From a virus (taxonomy: Duplodnaviria > Heunggongvirae > Uroviricota > Caudoviricetes), in IMG/VR virus record IMGVR_UViG_2728369553_000009, positions 1-4,406 of that record: DNA of 4,406 bases. The stretch is one strand, 5' to 3'. Position 1 is the stretch's first letter. Each line of letters starts with the position of its first letter. A program made the translations under genes and the position numbers. The notes under the pieces were generated by a model that saw only the letters and a list, made by a program, of their open reading frames with translations, searched no databases and was not told the DNA's origin. Below are positions 1 through 4,406 of this stretch, one piece after another.

Positions 1-106
1 AATATTAATCTTTAATCAATTTTTCACGACAATACTACTTTTATTGATAAAATTGCAACAAGTTGCTGTTGTTTTACTTTCTTTTGTACACAAAGTGTCT
101 TTAACT

Positions 107-707
107 TTATTTATCCCCTGCAGGAAACCTCTTATACAAAGTCGATACACCAATATCATAGATGATCGCTACCTTCTGGCGAGGAATTCCTGCTGCAATT
201 AATCGTCCGGCCTGCTCCCATTGTTCTGGTGTAAGTTTGGGGCGACGTCCACCAATTCGTCCCTGTGCGCGAGCAGCTTCCAGTCCAGCTTTTGTTCGTT
301 CAACAATCAGTTCACGCTCCATTTCAGCCAGGGCACCCATCACATGAAAGAAAAAGCGTCCCATTGGTGTGCTGGTATCAATTGAATCCGTCAGACTACG
401 AAAGTTGATGCCTCGTTCGCGCAACTCCTCCACCAGCACGACAAGATGCCGCATACTACGCCCCAGCCGATCCAGCTTCCAGACAACCAGAGTGTCACCT
501 GCCGATANNNNNNNNNNNNNNNNNNNNNNNNNNNNNNNNNNNNNNNNNNNNNNATGTCCTGAGCAGTTTTTTCAGTCCCGGCCTTTCGGACTTTGTGCCG
601 CTTATCTTGTCTTCAAAAATCAGCTCGCATCCTGCACAGTTCAGCGCATTACGTTGTAGATCTGTGTTCTGGTCATTTGTTGATACGCGTACATAGCCAA
701 TAAGCAT
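107..707 (-). CDS. pin: Serine-recombinase DNA invertase (Pin/Gin/Cin/Hin family); reading frame interrupted by the N-run at 508..553
   Basis: N-terminal translation from ATG (rc of 705..707) reads MLIGYVRVSTNDQNTDLQRNAL...RPGLKKLLRT, the catalytic N-terminus typical of Gin/Cin/Pin invertases. The C-terminal part reads (L)SAGDTLVVWKLDRLGRSMRHLVVLVEELRERGINFRSLTDSIDTSTPMGRFFFHVMGALAEMERE... with a helix-turn-helix tail ending at TAA (rc of 107..109). SD-like AAGGGGA sits 6 nt upstream of the ATG. If the N-run is ignored the two flanks abut in frame and give 184 aa, the length I recall for Pin. Symbol chosen from family plus e14-like neighbourhood; Gin/Cin cannot be excluded without alignment. 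Confidence 0.9.
508..553. other. Run of 46 N (assembly gap or masked bases) inside the invertase gene
   Basis: Contiguous N characters seen directly. The coding flanks on either side are in different frames relative to each other, so the run length is not a faithful placeholder. Confidence 0.95.
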
Positions 708-761
708 GTTAAATCCCCTTGGTAAAAGCAGGAATGATGCCATTTGCTTGTTATTTCTTCA
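708..761 (-). promoter_or_regulatory. Putative invertase promoter / 5' UTR region between the pin start and the left crossover site
   Basis: 54-bp AT-rich spacer immediately upstream of the pin ATG, containing the SD (rc of 713..719). No convincing -35/-10 hexamers could be assigned by eye; placement is inferred from the known arrangement in Gin/Cin systems where the invertase promoter lies at or next to the adjacent crossover site. Confidence 0.3.
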
Positions 762-787
762 TTTTCATAAACGTTGGTTTGGGAGAA
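762..787. repeat. Left crossover site (pix/gix/hix-like, 26 bp)
   Basis: TTTTCATAAACG-TT-GGTTTGGGAGAA: two 12-bp half-sites around a 2-bp core with the AAAC(C)-NN-GGTTT centre typical of Hin-family sites (about 9/12 match per half-site to the hix consensus as I recall it). Bases 774..788 are a perfect reverse complement of 2634..2648. Confidence 0.75.
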
Positions 788-1132
788 GCGGCAAGAAGGA
801 ATGTGGGGACAGGGGAAAATCAGATACCGGATATGGGAGCATTCGCTTCTGGCTCGGGATGGTTCAGGCTACCAGGTGGATATATTGTTCAGTTTGGCAC
901 TTTTTCAGGAAACACGACTCGCTTTATCAGTGGACACTTCCCTATACCATTCCCTAATCGGCCGATGGTTTCAGTCAGTGTTATGTCTGATGCCGTTCAG
1001 TCAGACCCGTCGAATCCTGCCCCGCAGGTTTTGTCTGTAAATTTTGAACATATCAGTAATTCAGCGTGGCGTGTGGCAACCAGTGATATCTCACAGCAAT
1101 ACAGATTCAGTTATATTTCGATAGGATGGTAG
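776..1132 (+). CDS. Alternative tail-fibre C-terminal cassette (no own start; silent in this orientation, fused to the fibre N-terminus after inversion)
   Basis: Reading from inside the left crossover site the frame is GGT TTG GGA GAA = G L G E, the same residues (..ENLGLGE..) encoded across the right site in the fibre gene. It then continues open for 114 codons (AARRNVGTGENQIPDMGAFASGSGWFRLPGGYIVQFGTF...SYISIGW) to TAG at 1130..1132. The in-frame ATG at 719 has no SD and lies upstream of the site. Confidence 0.7.
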   Translation, partial: GLGEAARRNVGTGENQIPDMGAFASGSGWFRLPGGYIVQFGTFSGNTTRFISGHFPIPFPNRPMVSVSVMSDAVQSDPSNPAPQVLSVNFEHISNSAWRVATSDISQQYRFSYISIGW

Positions 1133-1134
1133 AA

Positions 1135-1575
1135 ATGCAGAAATATATTTTCAGTGCCGATAAAAATGCGTTTTTCCCTGTGGAGCTTAAAATCGCTTAT
1201 CAGGAATCCGGTGAATGGCCCGATGATGGAATCGAAATTGACGACACTGTTGCCGCCGAATTTATGAAGGAAGCACCAGAAGGAAAATACAGAGGTGTCA
1301 TCGACGGAATGCCTGCATGGATTGATATTCCACCGCCAACTCATGAGGAACAAATTGCCGCAGCCGAACTGGAAAAGCAGCAATTGATTAATCAGGTCAA
1401 CGAATACATAAACAGTAAGCAATGGCCTGGTAAAGCGGCGATTGGTCGCCTGAAAGGTGAGGAACTGGCGCAATATAATTTGTGGCTGGATTATCTGGAC
1501 ACACTGGAACTGGTCGATACTTCCGGTGCGCCAGATATTGAATGGCCTACGCCTACGGCAGTTCAGGCCAGATGA
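1135..1575 (+). CDS. Tail fibre assembly protein (Tfa / Mu U-like chaperone), cognate to the silent cassette
   Basis: Translation MQKYIFSADKNAFFPVELK... ends with the conserved Tfa C-terminal motif LDYLDTLELVDTSGAPDIEWPTP. AGGA at 1122..1125 lies 9 nt before ATG 1135. The ORF track starts at ATG 1126, which has no usable SD spacing, so 1135 is preferred; 1126 remains possible. Confidence 0.8.
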   Translation: MQKYIFSADKNAFFPVELKIAYQESGEWPDDGIEIDDTVAAEFMKEAPEGKYRGVIDGMPAWIDIPPPTHEEQIAAAELEKQQLINQVNEYINSKQWPGKAAIGRLKGEELAQYNLWLDYLDTLELVDTSGAPDIEWPTPTAVQAR

Positions 1576-2149
1576 CATCCGGCGCGGTGCTGGTATCTGT
1601 TACCGTCACCGCGTCAATGTAATCCAGCACGGCGTTAAGTCGGGTTGTTTCTGCCTGCGTCAGCTTCCGCCCGGCTCGTAATTTCAGCTGAATCAGACTG
1701 ATGGAAGCCATTGCAGCATCAATCAGCGACTGGCGCTTTACTTCTGCCGCGTCTAGTGCGGCGCTATGCTGTGCCTCGGTATCTGTCACCCATTTTTCAC
1801 CATCCCATTTATCGTATGGTGTTAACGGGGCGATAGTGGTTGTATTTTCAGGGTAATCACCCGGAGCTGTGATTTCTTTCGATTCTCCTGTTTCGGTGCT
1901 ATAGATGATTTCACCGCGATGGTCTGGCACATATTCCCATGAGTTAAAATCTGCAGAACGGCAGATTGCATAACCAGCTTTATGTGTAACTGGTGCATCT
2001 AAACAAGAACATGCCGGGATACCGACGCCAACCGCAAGATATTCAGTTGACGTGGAAATATATTCCCGTGTTTCACCATCGTAGTTATAAACGGTAACAT
2101 CCCCTGCCTTTGTTGCAATAAGCTCACTATTTAATATTGCTTTATGCAT
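1553..2149 (-). CDS. Tail fibre assembly protein (lambda Tfa-like chaperone), cognate to the currently expressed fibre end
   Basis: 198 aa ending ...RLNAVLDYIDAVTVTDTSTAPDVIWPELP, closely resembling the lambda Tfa C-terminus as I recall it (..NRVDTSTAPDIEWP..). Its ATG (rc of 2147..2149) overlaps the fibre stop as ATGA; GAGGG SD lies about 9 nt upstream. Confidence 0.85.
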   Translation of the reverse strand: MHKAILNSELIATKAGDVTVYNYDGETREYISTSTEYLAVGVGIPACSCLDAPVTHKAGYAICRSADFNSWEYVPDHRGEIIYSTETGESKEITAPGDYPENTTTIAPLTPYDKWDGEKWVTDTEAQHSAALDAAEVKRQSLIDAAMASISLIQLKLRAGRKLTQAETTRLNAVLDYIDAVTVTDTSTAPDVIWPELP

Positions 2150-2937
2150 CAGGCTGCCCTCACGATATAGTTAAATGCAATATTACGCGGACGCGTTTCT
2201 GAGGCTGCGACACCTAAACCAGCCACTGATTGTTTATATGTTTTAAAGGTTCCATAATCCGGTGCTGGTAATCCGGCATCGTTTGTGTTTCCTCTTTTGA
2301 TAATGTCAGTGCCACTATTTACCCAGCTTTCATCAAAATAGAAATTAATAGTTGCATCAGTCACAATCGTGGATCTTGACGGTAATCCATGAGCATGATC
2401 CTCCGTTGCATATCCCTGAATACTTAAAATAGAGCGACCTGTATCAATCCCACGCCCGTCATCCCAGCCACGAATAAACTCACCACGTAAATCAGGCAAT
2501 TTATTTGTCGGGTAAACTTTTGCCAGTTCCGGGTATTCTTCAGCAGAAAAAGCTGCACCATTGCATTTCAGCCAGCCTGTTGGCGGAGTGGCTGAAGGCC
2601 ACGGAACAGGGACACCAACAGGTAATGCAGAGCCTTCTCCCAAACCAAGGTTTTCGAGAGCCATTTTCACCGTGCCATCCGATTTGATATCGCCAAACGG
2701 ATTCTTGCGGCTTAATAGCAGCGCACGAAGCGCGGTAAGCAACTGGTCGTGCCGCCCTTTCTCCAGGCTGGCACCGGATGCCTCCACAACGCTGCAAAGC
2801 TCCTCCTGCAACATGTCAAAGTAGTCATCATCCAGATCGGTGGCAGGTGTGCCGGTCTGGGGGTTACCACGGGTAAAACCGTTCTTACCCGCGCCGAACT
2901 TATCCTTCTGCGCGGTTTTCGTGTCTATACGATGCAT
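2149..2937 (-). CDS. Tail fibre protein: constant N-terminus (residues 1-101) plus the currently expressed variable C-terminus containing a phage tail-collar-like region
   Basis: 262-aa ORF with GGAG SD 9 nt upstream of the ATG (rc of 2935..2937). Residues ~110-190 ([38 protein letters not shown]...[19 protein letters not shown]) look like a phage tail collar domain. The right crossover site lies inside the gene at the codons for ENLGLGE. Confidence 0.85.
   Translation of the reverse strand: MHRIDTKTAQKDKFGAGKNGFTRGNPQTGTPATDLDDDYFDMLQEELCSVVEASGASLEKGRHDQLLTALRALLLSRKNPFGDIKSDGTVKMALENLGLGEGSALPVGVPVPWPSATPPTGWLKCNGAAFSAEEYPELAKVYPTNKLPDLRGEFIRGWDDGRGIDTGRSILSIQGYATEDHAHGLPSRSTIVTDATINFYFDESWVNSGTDIIKRGNTNDAGLPAPDYGTFKTYKQSVAGLGVAASETRPRNIAFNYIVRAA
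2635..2660. repeat. Right crossover site (pix/gix/hix-like, 26 bp), inside the tail-fibre coding sequence
   Basis: TTCTCCCAAACC-AA-GGTTTTCGAGAG, the same half-site/core architecture as the left site and inverted relative to it (2634..2648 is the reverse complement of 774..788). Confidence 0.75.
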
Positions 2938-2940
2938 GAA

Positions 2941-3525
2941 TTACTCCGGATATTTAAAAATTACGTAGGTATGCGACGGGCAGAGTTTGTTAAGCACACA
3001 CTCGACAACGGTGTCGCCCCAGATACGCAGTGCGGAATCACAGGGATCGCCACATGTCATCCAGGTGGTGTTGGTGGCGGCTGGCATGTTGACCTGCCAG
3101 TAATACCGCCATTCCGGCGCATTCACAGCGTCAGTGCAGGCTGATGAGCAGGTGAACGTGCTTTTGTCGTATCGCGTGATGGTAGCGTCTGGTCTGCCCA
3201 GGGCAGCAAGCTGTGCAAGGTAAAAATCCTCATTGATGCCGCCCGCCAGGTTAACCTTCGCATCCAGTCGTTGCTGACGCTGGCGAAGGGTCTGTGTCCC
3301 TGCGGGAATACATTCATCCGGCAGGCCGCACAGACGCTCCCAGCGGTTTATCAGTTCGGTGGTGGTGCGCGGATCCAGCTCCCGCATCAGGGCATCCGCA
3401 CGCTGATGAACGCGGGTTAATGACGGTGCCGCACCGGCAATCGCCGGATCGCTGGCTGACCACGCCGGACCGGGCGGCAACAGTGCCGATAACAGGCGGA
3501 TGTAATCATCGTTTGTCACGTCCAT
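2941..3525 (-). CDS. Phage tail protein, DUF2313 family (Mu gp48 / e14 YmfQ-like)
   Basis: 194-aa [26 protein letters not shown]... sitting between the baseplate J-like gene and the tail fibre, the gpI position in a P2-type baseplate/fibre operon. GGGGA SD about 8 nt upstream of the ATG. Family call is from recalled similarity and gene order, not a search. Confidence 0.7.
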   Translation of the reverse strand: MDVTNDDYIRLLSALLPPGPAWSASDPAIAGAAPSLTRVHQRADALMRELDPRTTTELINRWERLCGLPDECIPAGTQTLRQRQQRLDAKVNLAGGINEDFYLAQLAALGRPDATITRYDKSTFTCSSACTDAVNAPEWRYYWQVNMPAATNTTWMTCGDPCDSALRIWGDTVVECVLNKLCPSHTYVIFKYPE

Positions 3526-4406
3526 GAAATCGTCCCCAGAACCGCCAGCTCATTTTTCGCAATGGAGATATTGTCCGCCGGGGCAAGCAACTGATGGCTG
3601 TATTCCCCGTTCGCACCGGAAATCGCTTCACTGATACGCGACACCTTCAGTTCTCCCTGCGGATAACCATCACGCAGCAGGAACGAACGCAACTCCGCGG
3701 TGATGGCAGCCCGTATTTCCGGTGTGTCCGGCGTCACGCGGATATGAAAATCCACCGTATGTGCCACCGGCCTAAACACATACAAATCAGAGCCTGCCAC
3801 CGGGGCCAGTGGCTCGATATGTTGTCTTGCCGCCGTTTCCGTTGATTCTTCCGGAATGGGATTAATCAGGTCACTGCTGGCAATCATCACACCGACAGTT
3901 CCCGTTCCCATCCAGTGACGGTATGTCCATGCGCGGGTAATGCCGGGCACTTCTTTAGCCCAGACGACATAGTCCCCGTCAGCCCCGCCCTGCGGCGTCC
4001 AGTAATACCGCTCAATGACGCGGGCGCGCCACGTTTCCAGATCTTCAGTATCGAATCCGCCAGTCAGGGTATCTGCAACACCGGAAGACGGCAGACCATT
4101 CACCGGCGTGACCAGGATTAATGCCGTACCGTCGTCAGCGTTACCGACCGCGCCTGTAGTTGAGCAAGTGATCGGCACACGTAGGACACCACCGGAGCTG
4201 GTTGCATCGGCAGTTGCCGTGTACTGAACCAGGTCATCGCGCTGAATCACGCTCCCGGCAGTCACCTTCAGGCCATCGCTGACGCCTTCCCAGCGCATAT
4301 ACCCGCTGGCAGTCGTGGCCCCCTTGCGCGGACACCGTTTCATCGCAGCATGTCGCGCCAGCCAGGACTCATCGCACAGGTCAGGCAGCATGTTCATTGC
4401 CAGATA
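3516..4406 (-). CDS. Baseplate J-like protein (P2 gpJ / Mu gp47 family); 5' end probably beyond the window
   Basis: Long minus-strand ORF with TGA at rc of 3516..3518 overlapping the next gene's start by 10 nt. The frame stays open from the first ATG (4397) to the window edge and no SD is visible, so the true start is likely upstream. Family assigned from position upstream of the DUF2313 and fibre genes and the general look of the C-terminus. Confidence 0.65.
   Translation of the reverse strand, partial: YLAMNMLPDLCDESWLARHAAMKRCPRKGATTASGYMRWEGVSDGLKVTAGSVIQRDDLVQYTATADATSSGGVLRVPITCSTTGAVGNADDGTALILVTPVNGLPSSGVADTLTGGFDTEDLETWRARVIERYYWTPQGGADGDYVVWAKEVPGITRAWTYRHWMGTGTVGVMIASSDLINPIPEESTETAARQHIEPLAPVAGSDLYVFRPVAHTVDFHIRVTPDTPEIRAAITAELRSFLLRDGYPQGELKVSRISEAISGANGEYSHQLLAPADNISIAKNELAVLGTISWT

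Larger units (their letters stand above)
776..2646. other. Invertible DNA segment (~1.87 kb) carrying alternative tail-fibre C-termini and two tail-fibre assembly genes
   Basis: Bounded by the two inverted crossover sites, with compatible cores (TT at 774..775, AA at 2647..2648, i.e. identical when one site is reverse-complemented). Content and layout match Mu G / P1 C / e14 P segments: two divergent variable fibre ends with convergent chaperone genes, and the invertase gene just outside. Confidence 0.75.

Noticed and set aside
41-70. Possible rho-independent terminator for pin (GCAACAAGTTGC palindrome with adjacent A/T run)
   Set aside because: The stem is only 4-5 bp with a 2-4 nt loop and the U-tract is interrupted; too weak to call.
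162-659. Plus-strand ORFs 162..347 and 369..659
   Set aside because: Antisense to the well-supported invertase gene; the second runs through the N-run.
960-1035. Additional crossover sites inside the segment (GGTTT at 966..970 and 1027..1031)
   Set aside because: Neither has an AAACC partner at the right spacing or a second half-site; only the two terminal sites form complete 12-2-12 sites.
706-1040. Plus-strand ORFs 706..957 and 774..1040
   Set aside because: Alternative frames overlapping the fibre cassette, with low-complexity translations and no RBS; treated as spurious.
719-1132. ATG at 719 as the start of a standalone 137-aa protein
   Set aside because: No SD upstream. The frame is identical to the fibre frame running through the crossover site, so the ORF is better explained as a startless C-terminal cassette used only after inversion.
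1111-1681. ORFs 1111..1578 (-) and 1457..1681 (+)
   Set aside because: Antisense or out of frame relative to the two chaperone genes, whose translations carry the conserved Tfa C-terminal motif.
2505-3144. ORFs 2505..2687 (+), 2540..2797 (-), 2561..2824 (+), 2749..3144 (+)
   Set aside because: Embedded in or antisense to the fibre and DUF2313 genes; typical GC-rich shadow ORFs.
3123-4227. ORFs 3123..3317 (-), 3294..3527 (+), 3594..3845 (+), 3915..4121 (+), 4015..4227 (+)
   Set aside because: Shadow ORFs within the DUF2313 and baseplate J-like genes, Arg/Pro-rich as expected from GC-rich antisense or off-frame sequence.
1-4406. tRNA, rRNA, CRISPR array, IS element or toxin-antitoxin pair
   Set aside because: No direct-repeat arrays, no transposase-like ORF and no cloverleaf-like GC-rich ~75-nt segments were seen; the coding content is fully accounted for by the tail module and invertase.

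Overview
This window is the tail-fibre end of a P2/Mu/e14-like (pro)phage tail module, all on the minus strand: baseplate J-like (3516..4406, 5' end probably off-window), DUF2313 tail protein (2941..3525), tail fibre (2149..2937) and tail-fibre assembly chaperone (1553..2149). It ends in a Pin/Gin/Cin-family serine DNA invertase (107..707, interrupted by a 46-N run). Between the invertase and the middle of the fibre gene lies a ~1.87 kb invertible segment bounded by two 26-bp crossover sites (762..787 and 2635..2660) in inverted orientation. The segment carries a silent, startless alternative fibre C-terminus (776..1132, +) and its own chaperone (1135..1575, +), so inversion would swap the receptor-binding end of the fibre. 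This is a known class of system (Mu G, P1 C, e14 P segments); what may be new is the cassette content. All domain and family assignments are by eye from the translations, with no searches run. No tRNA, rRNA, CRISPR or IS element was seen.
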